NCBI GenBank assembly: GCA_040006915.1
Contig: JBDTWD010000001.1
Span: 162,229 to 226,228, forward strand
Source of the DNA: Candidatus Woesebacteria bacterium
GTDB lineage: Bacteria > Patescibacteriota > Microgenomatia > UBA1400 > UBA12028
Length of the DNA: 64,000 nt
Direction of reading: 5' to 3'
The notes beneath the pieces are model-generated. The model did not search any database and was not told where the DNA came from. It worked only from the letters and a program-made list of their open reading frames with translations. A program made the position numbers and the translations under genes. How positions within the stretch are numbered: the first letter of the stretch is position 1; each line of letters starts with the position of its first letter. This document shows, piece by piece, positions 1 to 10,148 of this stretch.

Positions 1-655
1 CAACGTTTCGAGCGACTTGATGCTCTTGACTCATTAAATAAGCGGTACCACCTTTTTTGCTGGCCACTTGGCTCCAGAAGTGTCCTTGCTTTTTACTGCG
101 GGAGTTAAAGTTCTCAATCCAGGTGTTGGCCTCTTGAACACGCTTTCGCATCAAGACGACAAAATTTAAGAGTTGCTGGAAGAAGTGAACATGATAGGTT
201 CCCGGATCTACGACGTCATTATGGACCGCAGTTTGGACACTAGAATCCAAGGTTTTAACTTCTTTGATCAAGGATCGTAATTGTTCTTGCAGCTGTTTGA
301 TAAGTTCCTTGTCTTTGGCTTCTCTAACGTTAAAGACTTCAGTCATCTGCATTTCTTTGTGGCGAACAGCACGCTGCTTCTCCAAATCCATTTTGTCTCG
401 TTCTTCATCCATTTTGGAGGTTTGCTCAAAAGCTTTGGCAAATGGGTTGTTCGTTTCCTCAGATTTTGTTTGCTCGGATTGCGCTGGAGAGGATCCACCG
501 CCGAAAATTGCAGTCATGGCATCGTTGACCATACCTCCAGGAATGGAAGCTGCTTGCTTCACCGTCGTCCCTCCGATTTCTTGCAAGGCTCTCGCAAACG
601 GATTACTGGAAATATTCTGTAGTGGTTTGGCGCTACTGCGCCCAGGCGTATTCAT
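1..655 (-). CDS. DUF5660-like protein, runs off the left window edge
   Basis: Not in the ORF track. Manual translation from ATG at 655 (MNTPGRSSAKPLQ...) stays open to base 1. The C-terminal motif DPGTYHVHFFQQLL...EANTWIENFNSRSKKQGHFW...GTAYLMSQEH resembles the Microgenomates DUF5660 family. Confidence 0.75.
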   Translation of the reverse strand, partial: MNTPGRSSAKPLQNISSNPFARALQEIGGTTVKQAASIPGGMVNDAMTAIFGGGSSPAQSEQTKSEETNNPFAKAFEQTSKMDEERDKMDLEKQRAVRHKEMQMTEVFNVREAKDKELIKQLQEQLRSLIKEVKTLDSSVQTAVHNDVVDPGTYHVHFFQQLLNFVVLMRKRVQEANTWIENFNSRSKKQGHFWSQVASKKGGTAYLMSQEHQVARNV

Positions 656-660
656 GTGTT

Positions 661-749
661 TTATAACGCAAAAGACATCCCTCTAGTATTTTTGAAGGAT
701 GTTTTGCTATTCATGCCCATAGTCTACTGCGAGACTCAGAAATTTGCAA
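661..749 (-). promoter_or_regulatory. Sigma70 promoter, 17-codon uORF and hairpin upstream of the DUF5660-like gene
   Basis: TTGCAA (749-744), 17 nt spacer, TAGACT (726-721). ATG at 714 opens MNSKTSFKNTRGMSFAL* (stop 663-661), overlapping the hairpin ACATCCTTC...GAGGGATGT followed by CTTTT. Confidence 0.45.
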
Positions 750-776
750 GAAGAAATGAATCCTATAATATGAGGA

Positions 777-1661
777 TTAGGCGGCTAATTCCTTAAGCTT
801 CTCGATGGTCTTGCGTCGTAATGCGACTGCATGAGCTTCGGCCTGTATCTTTTCCAGAGTATCCTTAGGGTATTTAGACAAATCCGAACCTAAGATTTTC
901 TCGATATCTTTGGAATCAATGGAAAGCTTCAAAAGTGGAGTAATTTCTCGCAAGATGAATTCAATTTGTAAGTTGGCGAGGCTAGAAAGCGTATAGTCTT
1001 GCTGCAAAGTTTCCACCGTTTTCCCCGTCGAGAGCAGATATGCCTCAAGCTCCATTTTGTGGCTGGCTAATTGTCTAGCAAAATCTTCAATCTGATGTTT
1101 AACTTCTTGCTCAAGCAAAATTGGAGCAATTTTCGGATTTACCGCTTCAATCAACTTACCAAAGATGGCAGACAATAACTCTTGATCATGGTCATGTGGA
1201 TGAGCGTCATCATGTTTGTGGTCGGGACTCTCTTCATGTTTTTTGTGATCCTTCCCTGCTTGTTTGATCACTTTCTCCCAATCACCTAACGTCACTACTG
1301 GAGCGATGGCAGTATGCGCTTCAACGATCCAGTCTTGTTCTGGCTCGACCGACACAATTTTGACTTGGGGATAGACCAACGGATCTATGTTGGCCTTCGT
1401 TACTGCCTGAGTGTATAAATCCGGGATCAGCGCCTCAAGAACGTCATTTAAGATGGCAGTTGGGTCAAGTTGTGACTGAACCAGATTGGTTGGAGCTTTT
1501 CCTTTACGAAATCCAGGGACACTCATACGCTTAGCCACCCGAGCTAAAGTCTCTTTATATTTCGGTTGATGCAGAGACTTGGGAATTGTTATGGTAAGAA
1601 CTGTATTCTCACCAATAGGCGTGGCAGGAGATTGGGTTGGAGTGGTAACGGCTTTTTTCAT
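777..1661 (-). CDS. tig: Trigger factor, short form lacking the FKBP domain
   Basis: Ribosome-binding signature VPGFRKGKAP; 294 aa; C-terminal chaperone domain present; His-rich linker in the middle. Confidence 0.9.
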   Translation of the reverse strand: MKKAVTTPTQSPATPIGENTVLTITIPKSLHQPKYKETLARVAKRMSVPGFRKGKAPTNLVQSQLDPTAILNDVLEALIPDLYTQAVTKANIDPLVYPQVKIVSVEPEQDWIVEAHTAIAPVVTLGDWEKVIKQAGKDHKKHEESPDHKHDDAHPHDHDQELLSAIFGKLIEAVNPKIAPILLEQEVKHQIEDFARQLASHKMELEAYLLSTGKTVETLQQDYTLSSLANLQIEFILREITPLLKLSIDSKDIEKILGSDLSKYPKDTLEKIQAEAHAVALRRKTIEKLKELAA

Positions 1662-1669
1662 AGGTAGAT

Positions 1670-1807
1670 TTACTTCATTTGACTGAAGAGCGGAACGATG
1701 GGCTCACTATTGGTCTTGAGACTTTGATTGATTCCCCAGACAAAGACACCGATCGTCGGGATCAGACCCACAATGAGTACCATAAAATATAATTGTTTTT
1801 GTGTCAC
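1670..1807 (-). CDS. Small single-pass membrane protein (45 aa)
   Basis: Manual ORF GTG...TAA: MTQKQLYFMVLIVGLIPTIGVFVWGINQSLKTNSEPIVPLFSQMK. An extended -10 (TGtTATACT) lies 6 nt upstream, and the ORF ends 8 nt before tig. Confidence 0.6.
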   Translation of the reverse strand: MTQKQLYFMVLIVGLIPTIGVFVWGINQSLKTNSEPIVPLFSQMK

Positions 1808-1862
1808 CCCTATAGTATAACAGAAAGCCTACAGTAGCGTCCAATACCGAGGGGAACCTTTT

Positions 1863-2405
1863 ATGTCAGATCAAAACCAAACCGATGATACTCTCGATGT
1901 GCTCGAGCCAGGAGAAGAAGAGAAATTGCTTGAGGAAGGGACAGAAGAGGTTTTGCCTGCGCCTTCAACCCCACTCATCGCAGTTGAGATAAATACGAAC
2001 AAGGATGGCGGATCAGAATCTTTGCTAGCTGTCGAAGGTATCATCCGCCGACAGTCGTCAAGACTCGATGAGCTGAAGGAAAAGCTGAAACAGTACAATG
2101 ATCAACTCAAATCCGTACTCGATAATGATGAGGCATTAACCAACGCTCAAGAGGAAGTAAAGCAAGCGACTAGGCGTCAAAAAGAACGAAAGACCATGCT
2201 CGCCAATGGCGCTGAAAGCGTACAACTGAAGTTTCACATCAAAGAAACCAAGGATAGTGTAAAAGACATCGAAGAAAGTTTAAGCAATCATCTTCTCAAT
2301 CTCTACCAGATGACTGGCGTCAAAGAGTTTGACACAGACGATGGTGGCAAGCGAGCCTACGATGTGAAAGCCAAACTGCGTGGGAAGAAGAGCGGTGATC
2401 AGTAA
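1863..2405 (+). CDS. Hypothetical coiled-coil protein
   Basis: 180-aa ORF with acidic N-terminus and heptad-rich middle; GAGGGG upstream; fills the gap between tig and pyk. Confidence 0.75.
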   Translation: MSDQNQTDDTLDVLEPGEEEKLLEEGTEEVLPAPSTPLIAVEINTNKDGGSESLLAVEGIIRRQSSRLDELKEKLKQYNDQLKSVLDNDEALTNAQEEVKQATRRQKERKTMLANGAESVQLKFHIKETKDSVKDIEESLSNHLLNLYQMTGVKEFDTDDGGKRAYDVKAKLRGKKSGDQ

Positions 2406-2411
2406 TTAGTA

Positions 2412-3449
2412 CTACCTGATTTTCCAGTCAATTTGAGATTTCTTCTCGACCACAGTCTCTGTGAAAGACAGAATTCGATTCATTGCTTCAACAGCCATAA
2501 GTGGATGTTCCCCTCCAGCGCTCTCTTCTGAAAGCATTGTTGCGTCCGTGCCGTCATAAACTGCATTGGCTACATCGCACATCTCAGCTCGAGTTGGGCG
2601 CATGTTGTGCACCATAGAATGAAGCATTTGGGTTGCAGTAATCACCGGCTTTTTCATCTCATTACACATTTTGATCATGCGCTTCTGTTCAAACGCTAGT
2701 CGTTCGTAGGGAATTTCCACTGCCAAGTCGCCTCGTGCGACCATAACAACATCCGAGACAGCTACGATCTCCTCAAGATGATCCAAGGCGATTTGATTTT
2801 CAATCTTGGCACAAATCTTAGAATGGACTCCGCGCTGATCAAGTTCTGCTCGAAGGATCTCTACGTCCTTTTTCGTACGAGTGAAGGAGAGAGCCACGAA
2901 GTCGACTTGAGCCATATTGCGCATTTCTATCTTCTTATAGTCATCTTCGGTCATGGCTGGCAGATCGATATCAGCTCCGGGGAAATTCACGCTCTTACGG
3001 TGTTTGATGATACAGTCTTGTCGTGACCGAGCTTTGATTTCCTGATCGTGCACTTCGATAATCTCAAACTCACTGTTTCCATCATCAATGAGCAATAATT
3101 GCCCCACACGAACTGCGGGATAAACTTCCGGGGTTGGGATGACAATGTGCTTGTCATCTTTGGGCAATAAGCAGAAGCTGACGAGCTCATTTTGGGCGAT
3201 CGTAACTTCCTTCTTTTCTGGGGTTTCGAGGCGGACCTCAGGACCTTGAAGGTCAATGAGAATTCCAACATCCAAGCCTTTGGCTTTACAAACCTCTCGA
3301 ACGCGATCAATCCGCTCCTCGTGCCACGTCCGATCAGCATGTTTCATGTTAAAACGAAACACGTCGGTCCCGGCCTTGATGAGCGCTTCAATCAGCTCTG
3401 GAGAGTCGCTTACAGGTCCAATAGTTGCGACGATTTTTGTACGTTTCAT
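2412..3449 (-). CDS. pyk: Pyruvate kinase (A and B domains only)
   Basis: Motifs [48 protein letters not shown] and DATMLSEES. Confidence 0.95.
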   Translation of the reverse strand: MKRTKIVATIGPVSDSPELIEALIKAGTDVFRFNMKHADRTWHEERIDRVREVCKAKGLDVGILIDLQGPEVRLETPEKKEVTIAQNELVSFCLLPKDDKHIVIPTPEVYPAVRVGQLLLIDDGNSEFEIIEVHDQEIKARSRQDCIIKHRKSVNFPGADIDLPAMTEDDYKKIEMRNMAQVDFVALSFTRTKKDVEILRAELDQRGVHSKICAKIENQIALDHLEEIVAVSDVVMVARGDLAVEIPYERLAFEQKRMIKMCNEMKKPVITATQMLHSMVHNMRPTRAEMCDVANAVYDGTDATMLSEESAGGEHPLMAVEAMNRILSFTETVVEKKSQIDWKIR

Positions 3450-3551
3450 AGGTTAAACTTTCCATTACTATTTTTGTATATAATTCCGAATACGAATAGA
3501 ATGCGAATATAAAAAAGACTGTTGATTCGCTATTTTATTTCACTCCAAGCT

Positions 3552-3580
3552 ATTAGCAATCAAGTGTGTTGATTGCTAAT
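3552..3580. terminator. Perfect inverted repeat downstream of argS
   Basis: ATTAGCAATCAA-gtgtg-TTGATTGCTAAT, 12 nt after the argS stop. AT-rich stem with a weak U-tract, so it could instead be an operator. Confidence 0.45.
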
Positions 3581-3592
3581 TTAGACCTATAA

Positions 3593-5329
3593 CTACATGG
3601 ATTCAGGAATTTCGATACCGATGATCGCCATCCCTAGCTCTAGCGTTGAGACTACTGCCTGAGTAAGTGCCAAACGCTTTGCTATGTGCTCATTCTCGTC
3701 CAAAATTCTATGAGTATTATAGAACGAATTAAAGGTACCGGCTAGAGTGTATAGATAGGTACATAAAAGGTGTGGTGCGTACTCGGTTGCAGCGCGATAG
3801 AGAGTGTTTTCGAAGTATAAAAGTTCCCTCGCCAACGTCCGTTCGACAGCAGAAAATGTCGCCTCAGTGGAAGCTTCAGGTTTGATCTCTAGCGCTTTTC
3901 CTAAAACGCTTTTTGCCCGCACTACCGTGTACTGCATGTATGGACCTGAATTACCGTCCATCGACAATATTTCATCCCAATCAAATGTGACGTCAAGCTG
4001 ACTACTCCGCTTTAAATCATTCCATTTTAGAGCTCCAATCGCAACTTGCTTAGCTGTTTGCAGGTTTGCAGGCCTTTTTGACGCGACCTGGAGCGCTATA
4101 GCCCTTTCTTTCGCCTCTGTAATGGCATCTCCTAACCAGATCACATTTCCTTTTCGCGTGCTCATTTTCCCCTCTTTAAGGCGGTAGAGGCCATGTTTCA
4201 CGTGGATTCGTTGCCCTGGCTTTACCCAGCCTAGGAGTTCTTCGATTCTATAAATCTGGCGGAAGTAAAGGGTTTGCTCGGCTCCTACTTCATTGATAAT
4301 GAGGATATCCTTTCCGTACTTGGGTTGGTTAATCCTGAAGAAATCAGTCGCTAAATCTCGAGTGGCATACAACGTGGAGCCGTCCTTCTTCAAGATCATG
4401 AGGGGTGAAAATTCTTCATCTGGGAAAAAGAACAGTTTCGCTCCCTCCTCGCCGGTTTTCATATAGCCGGATTTTTCCAATATATCGACTACTTGAGACA
4501 TTTTGTCTTCAAAATACGACTCTCCATAGCCACGTCCATTGTTTTCTGAGAAGAACACTCCAAGTTCGGTATAGATTCGATCGAATTCTGTCCAAGACCA
4601 GTCGATACAGAGCTGCCAGAGCCGCCTGGCCTCTTGGTCGCCGTTCTCTAGTTTGGTAAACCATTCTCTCGCTCTGTCCTCGAGTGTTGGGTCTATTTCA
4701 GCTTTTTCATGAAACTCTACATAGAGCTTGACAAGTTCTTTCACTGGCTCGGCTGCAGTCGTAATTCTTTCTACGTTCAACGATTCTTTCTCTTCACCCA
4801 GCTCCTTTATGGCCACAATTAACTTTCCAAATTGTGTTCCCCAATCTCCTAAATGATTGTCTCGGTACACGATGTATCCGGTATTTTCAAGTAAATTTGC
4901 AACTGCCGCGCCAATGATTGTGGTACGTAGATGTCCAATGGTAAAGGGTTTAGCGATGTTTGGTGAGGAATATTCAACGATGGCTTTCTTTCCCTGATTT
5001 AATTTCACGATATTCTCTCCATCAAGTATTTCACGAATATTGTGTGAAAGATCAGTATCAGTGAGCGTGAAATTAATAAATCCAGGGCCAGCAACCGTGG
5101 GAGACAGAGTGGTGTCAAGTGTATTGACAATCTCTTCCGCTAAAGCATGAGGAGAATTCCATCTCCCTTTTTCTACCATTGGAAAAAGCTGCATTGCGAC
5201 ATTACTGGTGTAGTCACCGAAGCGCTCAGCACTACATTCCTCAACCAGAAGAGAGGCAGACACAGGTTCGATTCCCAATTTCTTCAGGGCATCGAGTAAT
5301 AGTTTTTCAATTTTTTTGACAGGTTTCAT
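3593..5329 (-). CDS. argS: Arginine--tRNA ligase
   Basis: FGDYTSNVAM, VEYSSPNIAKPFTIGHLR (HIGH-like), GDWGTQFG, KMSTRKG and GNSGPYMQY. Confidence 0.97.
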   Translation of the reverse strand: MKPVKKIEKLLLDALKKLGIEPVSASLLVEECSAERFGDYTSNVAMQLFPMVEKGRWNSPHALAEEIVNTLDTTLSPTVAGPGFINFTLTDTDLSHNIREILDGENIVKLNQGKKAIVEYSSPNIAKPFTIGHLRTTIIGAAVANLLENTGYIVYRDNHLGDWGTQFGKLIVAIKELGEEKESLNVERITTAAEPVKELVKLYVEFHEKAEIDPTLEDRAREWFTKLENGDQEARRLWQLCIDWSWTEFDRIYTELGVFFSENNGRGYGESYFEDKMSQVVDILEKSGYMKTGEEGAKLFFFPDEEFSPLMILKKDGSTLYATRDLATDFFRINQPKYGKDILIINEVGAEQTLYFRQIYRIEELLGWVKPGQRIHVKHGLYRLKEGKMSTRKGNVIWLGDAITEAKERAIALQVASKRPANLQTAKQVAIGALKWNDLKRSSQLDVTFDWDEILSMDGNSGPYMQYTVVRAKSVLGKALEIKPEASTEATFSAVERTLARELLYFENTLYRAATEYAPHLLCTYLYTLAGTFNSFYNTHRILDENEHIAKRLALTQAVVSTLELGMAIIGIEIPESM

Positions 5330-5359
5330 AGAATCTATCTTACATCTACCGATGTATAT

Positions 5360-5554
5360 AAAAAATACCCCTTCAATACTCGAGTTTTAGTCAGAGCACA
5401 GAAGGGGTATTTCAATTATGAAACACGGTACCACCCTTACATTTATCTTCATTAACCCTAATCTATCGTGGGGGGAAACGGGTAAGATTTTGCCTACCAA
5501 CCGTTGATATAGATATCTGTGAAGGATCGCGACTCCTTTTTTGACGGTTTATCT
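5360..5554 (-). ncRNA. T-box riboswitch (Arg), transcriptional, short Stem I
   Basis: Antiterminator AAGGG-UGGUACC-GUGUUUCA[UAAU]UGAAAUAC-CCCUU (bulge 5433-5427). Overlapping terminator AAAUACCCCUUC...GAAGGGGUAUUUUUU (5412-5360). Apical loop GU-CGC-GA (5533-5527). Extended -10 TGcTATACT at 5569-5561. Confidence 0.9.
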
Positions 5555-5627
5555 AGAGATAGTATAGCACAGCTCTCTATTCAAATTCCCGCTTGTAGAG
5601 AGTCGTGATTGACGGCATACTATAGAT

Positions 5628-6731
5628 ATGTCCCCTAGCGTATCGGAAGATCTATTACAGGACACGAAAGTCGTCCAAAGAACGGTAGTTATACCCAAAA
5701 AAACCATACTTCTTCTGTTGGTCTTGATTTTTCTTACCGTTAGTATAGGTCTTATAAAATTGCGTCTTCAATCAACAAAAGTGACAACTCAGGTTCCTTC
5801 CCTTTCAGAGGGTCTGTCGGTTGCAGTTCCTACGGGGACTTTTGTAGATACTGTTACTGGAACCGTGGTGTTTTTAAAAGATGATCAGTTGTTTGAATAC
5901 CTTCTGCCCACCAGAACTTTACGGCAACTGGTAGGAGTCCGTGACGAGAAGGAAGTAGATCAGTTTACTCCAATCCAACCGACCTGGTCCCCTGATGGTT
6001 CACTTCTGGCCGTCATGGACGATTCCTCACATGTCACCTTGACTGAGTATCAAACCGGAAAACTCCGCGGGTCCCTCCTTTTACGTGAGAAGCTAAGTAA
6101 CGGAAAGAAAGGTGTTCTTTCGATCGATCCTTCTTCTGAAGTACTGGCTGTTGGAATTACGGGCTCTGAGGAAGTAGCTATGCAGACTTTGGAATTTTTC
6201 GCACTGGCGACGGGGAAAAGCCTAGGAGTGTATCCACGATGTGAAACGCATGGAGTTTGGTTACGTTCCTTGGGATTTTTGACCAAATGTGCCCTTGGTG
6301 AAGTAGAGTCCGTGGTCTTAATACAATTTCATCCTGCTTCAAGCAGTATGGTACCGTTGACAAAAGAATCCGCTACCGTGCGCTACACGTTGATTGATCA
6401 GTACGAGCCGGAGAAAGCGATCGCCATCCGCACGACACAGGAGACACGAGACTTAGTGACGATTTCCGTGAGTGGGAAAGTACAAGAAGTTCCGCCAAAA
6501 GACTATCCTAAAAACCTCGATGTTGCTCAGTTTGTTGATATTTATAGTGCGTTAGCTGCTCGAATTGAGAAAGAGACCGGTTTAATGGGAGTAAAAAACA
6601 TTTCCGTTGCGAGCACAAATGACTGGATGGTTTTTGAAACTGACGCAGGTTTATACGTTGCGCCGGTAAGTTTGAAAGAGAAGCCGTACTTTATCGGTCT
6701 GGGCACACTTCCGAGTATTCGGCCTTACTAA
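5628..6731 (+). CDS. Membrane-anchored beta-propeller (TolB/WD40-like) protein
   Basis: N-terminal TM helix, PTWSPDGSLLAV repeat signature, beta-rich sequence. Confidence 0.65.
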   Translation: MSPSVSEDLLQDTKVVQRTVVIPKKTILLLLVLIFLTVSIGLIKLRLQSTKVTTQVPSLSEGLSVAVPTGTFVDTVTGTVVFLKDDQLFEYLLPTRTLRQLVGVRDEKEVDQFTPIQPTWSPDGSLLAVMDDSSHVTLTEYQTGKLRGSLLLREKLSNGKKGVLSIDPSSEVLAVGITGSEEVAMQTLEFFALATGKSLGVYPRCETHGVWLRSLGFLTKCALGEVESVVLIQFHPASSSMVPLTKESATVRYTLIDQYEPEKAIAIRTTQETRDLVTISVSGKVQEVPPKDYPKNLDVAQFVDIYSALAARIEKETGLMGVKNISVASTNDWMVFETDAGLYVAPVSLKEKPYFIGLGTLPSIRPY

Positions 6732-7876
6732 CTTCCGTCAGTAATTGTTTCCAACTCCAACCCATGAAGCTCAGGGACAACAGAAGTACCAGCCAACCCT
6801 TGAACGCTTCCATAAATAGTTCCAGTACTTAAAATCAGACGTTGCACTTGGCCTTCTCTGGATTTCCAGATTTTCTCCATTGCGGCTCGCTCTTTAGTTA
6901 TTTGCATCTGCATTTCGGTGAATACTTCAACCAATGCTTCGACTTGCTGTCTAAACGCTTGGGATGTGACGTAACTATAGATAAGGTCCGATTTCTCTCC
7001 TCGGTTTTGCGCCATAGCTCGTTCTCGGCCAGAATCGATTAATGATTTACGCAAAGCCAATGCCAAGGGCAAGAAGAGCTGGAAGTTACAAATCCACACT
7101 CCATCACGATGACTTTGTCCCATCCAGTTAGCCTCGTTATATGCAGTCGTGACGATAATCGGGATATCTGCTTTTTCAGCTCTCAAATCCTCTTTGAGTT
7201 TTCCAATCCATCCTTCAGACCATACTTTGGTTTGTTTCGACTCCCATAGGATCACTCCGCACACCGTGCCGCGACTGCTACGGACAATTTGTCGGACATC
7301 GGCTCCATGCACTCCTTTTCCCACTGGCTCAATCAGATCATCACGGAAAGTTTCTCGCAAAATTTTCTCAAGTTCAAGTTCGCGTACCTCACCTTGAGTT
7401 TGTTGGGAACCTTGGTTCGCTTTACGTTGCGCTTCATCTAAGGCTCTCTTCATATCGGAAAGCTTCTTTTCGTTTTCCAAATCCTTTTGTCGCTGCTGTT
7501 CTACCATCTGAGCTTCGGTTGTCTCGCGGATTCTTTTTCGCTCACTATCAAGTTGCCGTTGAATCTCTAATTCTCGGTTTCGTTCCTTCTCTTCAAACTC
7601 TACTTCTTTTTTCCGTAGTTCTAACTCTTTTTTCGTAGCAGTTTCTAATTTTTGCTTTTTGTCCTCTAACTGTTCTTTAAGAAAAGTTAGTTCTGTGGAC
7701 GTGTCTTTAGCAAATTGTTCTTTTAATCGCTGCTCAATGTTTTTTTGCTCTTTGGAAAGTTTTTGTTCATATTCAGTCGAGAGCTGTTGCTCGACTGCAG
7801 TTTTAATCTGGCCAGTGAGGGCGTCATCAAGGGAAATTGGCGTATGGCAATGCGGGCATGTGATTTGTGAAGTCAT
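6728..7876 (-). CDS. DUF2130 family protein
   Basis: N-terminal CPHC, long coiled coil, QGSQQTQGEVRELELE, GADV and ILWESKQTKVWSEGWIGKLKED. Confidence 0.9.
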   Translation of the reverse strand: MTSQITCPHCHTPISLDDALTGQIKTAVEQQLSTEYEQKLSKEQKNIEQRLKEQFAKDTSTELTFLKEQLEDKKQKLETATKKELELRKKEVEFEEKERNRELEIQRQLDSERKRIRETTEAQMVEQQRQKDLENEKKLSDMKRALDEAQRKANQGSQQTQGEVRELELEKILRETFRDDLIEPVGKGVHGADVRQIVRSSRGTVCGVILWESKQTKVWSEGWIGKLKEDLRAEKADIPIIVTTAYNEANWMGQSHRDGVWICNFQLFLPLALALRKSLIDSGRERAMAQNRGEKSDLIYSYVTSQAFRQQVEALVEVFTEMQMQITKERAAMEKIWKSREGQVQRLILSTGTIYGSVQGLAGTSVVPELHGLELETITDGS

Positions 7877-7986
7877 AGGGTAGGAGATTTCTTAAAATAC
7901 CAAACTGGTGGCGGAAACACAAGTATTGTAGTAATGAGAAAAGACAGAAGTAGCGTAAACACTTCTTTTGTGTGTATGATGAATAT

Positions 7987-9204
7987 ATGAAGAAAATTGA
8001 CTTTCGAGTATCTCCCATTGCTTGGGATGGAATCCGCGCAATTTTTGTCGTCCTCATAGCGATTGGAGCCTTTGTCCTCGTTGTTGGAGTTCGTTCATAT
8101 CAGAATTTGTCTGGCCAAGCCAAAGATGCAAATGACACTTTATTCACCACCCAGCAGAAACGAACTCAGCTTGAGGCGGATTTAGCCAGTGCGAGTGCAC
8201 GCATCCAGGATCTTGAGTCACAAGATCAGAGACTACGTAACGATACGCTCCAAAAAGAAATTGCAGAAATCAAGAAAGTTTTTGCACAGGCTCTTGCCTC
8301 CTACGAAGACATTACGGATTTGAAGGAAGGTAAAGGCAAGGGACTGCCGATGGACAAAACTTTTGCCGCTATTCTTTCCGATCTCTCGAAAGAAAATTAC
8401 GCTTCTGCTTCGACCAAGCTTACTCAGCTTGCCAAGGATATAAAAACTGAGCAAGACAAATTTGCTGCCGCTGCGAACGTGCCTGCAAATGTACCAGTGA
8501 ATAATTCCGCTCCCGGAAGTGGGTATAGTCGTCAAACAGTGCAAACGGATATTGGGCCGTATGTTGTTGATATTGTTGCAGCTGATTTGAACTCAACCCG
8601 AGTGATTGTCGATACCGCTTCAGATACTGATTGTGGAAACAATTGTCCTGTACTCCCACTCGCTACCTATGTATCACGTTCAGGGGCGTTTGCCGGTATT
8701 AATGGAACATACTTTTGTCCAGAGTCATACCCAGCTTGTGCAGGAAAAACAAATTCATATGATCTGCTAGTCATGAACAAGAAAAAAACATATTTTAACT
8801 CGGCAAACAACGTATACAGCCAAAATCCTGCAGCTATTTTCTCAGGGAATTCAGCTCGCTTTGTGGCTCATGCCCAGGATGCAGGACGTGACACTGGAGT
8901 GGATGCTGTAATCTCTAATTTTCCACTGCTTATAATCAATGGTCAAATCCAGTTTGGAGGTAATAGTGATCCTAAGATGGGAAGTAAAGGAAATCGGAGC
9001 TTTATCGGTTCGAAAGGATCTACTGCATACATTGGCATCTTGCGTAATGTTACAGTTGCGGAAGGAGCACACGTGCTTAAAGCATTGGGATTAGAGCACG
9101 CTATGAATTTAGATAGTGGTGGATCAACCGCCCTTTGGTTTGGCGGCTACAAAGCCGGTCCAGGACGCAATCTTCCCAATGCAGTACTCTTCGTACGAAA
9201 GTGA
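7987..9204 (+). CDS. Membrane-anchored phosphodiester glycosidase (NAGPA family) with coiled-coil stalk
   Basis: TM helix, coiled coil, then AGINGTYF, NRSFIG, AMNLDSGGSTAL and RNLPNAV. Start reassigned to ATG 7987, 6 nt after TATGAT. Confidence 0.85.
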   Translation: MKKIDFRVSPIAWDGIRAIFVVLIAIGAFVLVVGVRSYQNLSGQAKDANDTLFTTQQKRTQLEADLASASARIQDLESQDQRLRNDTLQKEIAEIKKVFAQALASYEDITDLKEGKGKGLPMDKTFAAILSDLSKENYASASTKLTQLAKDIKTEQDKFAAAANVPANVPVNNSAPGSGYSRQTVQTDIGPYVVDIVAADLNSTRVIVDTASDTDCGNNCPVLPLATYVSRSGAFAGINGTYFCPESYPACAGKTNSYDLLVMNKKKTYFNSANNVYSQNPAAIFSGNSARFVAHAQDAGRDTGVDAVISNFPLLIINGQIQFGGNSDPKMGSKGNRSFIGSKGSTAYIGILRNVTVAEGAHVLKALGLEHAMNLDSGGSTALWFGGYKAGPGRNLPNAVLFVRK

Positions 9205-9218
9205 TATAGTGCACCAAT

Positions 9219-10130
9219 ATGATCAAACTAATTGGTTGGGTGAAAACCCATAAAGCGATCGTTTTACTTCTAGCTGTAATTGGTTTCTTGTTGTTTAAAT
9301 ACTTCACCCCTCGTGCATATTTGCTTTCAAACTCTACTGTAGCTCCATCAAATAACTTTGGAACGATGGAGGCTCAAAGTGACGCACGAGGCGGCAGCAC
9401 TGGTATTGCCAAGATGATGCCAATACAACCATATCCTCAAGCTGTACCTCCTTCAGACAGCGCGGTTCGCATGATCAGCACTGATACGAGTTTGTCACTA
9501 AAAGTTGACAACGTGGCCATGACGGTAGAGAGGATAGGACAAACGACAACAACCCTAGGTGGATATTTAATTGACTCTAACATCTCAGTTCCAGAAGGAG
9601 CCTCCAGTGGCTCAATTAATGTACGAGTCCCTTCGGAGAAGCGCGCTGAAGCCCTCGCTGCTTTTAAAGCACAAGGTGTCAAAACCGTTTCTGAGTATGT
9701 AGTGGGTCAAGATGTAACCGATCAATTTGTCGACAATGATGAAAAACTTCGAATCCTAGAGTCGACGAAGACTAAATTTGAAGCGATTTTAGCAGATGCA
9801 AAAAATGTGACTGAGATGCTCAATGTTCAACAACAACTCCTTTCTTTACAGCAGCAGATCGATACTATTAAGGGACAACAAAAATATCTCGAAGGCACAG
9901 CTAAGTATTCACGTATATCTGTGTATTTATCAACAGATGAACTCTCGCTTCCATATGCTCCAGTGACAAGTTGGAGACCCCAAGTGATCTTTAAAGAAGC
10001 CGTGCGCTCACTCATGCTCAATGCCAGAGCACTTGGAACACTCCTTATTTGGATTGCAGTGTATTCTCCAGTCGTAATTATAATTGCACTCATTGCCTGG
10101 TTACTGTATCGACGAATGAAAAATCGATAA
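9219..10130 (+). CDS. DUF4349 family protein
   Basis: N- and C-terminal TM helices, GGYLIDS, VRVPSE, QDVTDQFVD and a coiled coil. Confidence 0.88.
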   Translation: MIKLIGWVKTHKAIVLLLAVIGFLLFKYFTPRAYLLSNSTVAPSNNFGTMEAQSDARGGSTGIAKMMPIQPYPQAVPPSDSAVRMISTDTSLSLKVDNVAMTVERIGQTTTTLGGYLIDSNISVPEGASSGSINVRVPSEKRAEALAAFKAQGVKTVSEYVVGQDVTDQFVDNDEKLRILESTKTKFEAILADAKNVTEMLNVQQQLLSLQQQIDTIKGQQKYLEGTAKYSRISVYLSTDELSLPYAPVTSWRPQVIFKEAVRSLMLNARALGTLLIWIAVYSPVVIIIALIAWLLYRRMKNR

Positions 10131-10148
10131 AAAGAAAATAAAGTTTTT

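Noticed and set aside
264-686. Plus-strand ORFs of 140 and 113 aa
   Set aside because: They are antisense to the DUF5660-like gene that the track missed because it is cut by the window edge.
3485-3512. CGAATA repeated three times upstream of pyk
   Set aside because: Short, AT-rich and irregularly spaced; cannot be distinguished from chance.
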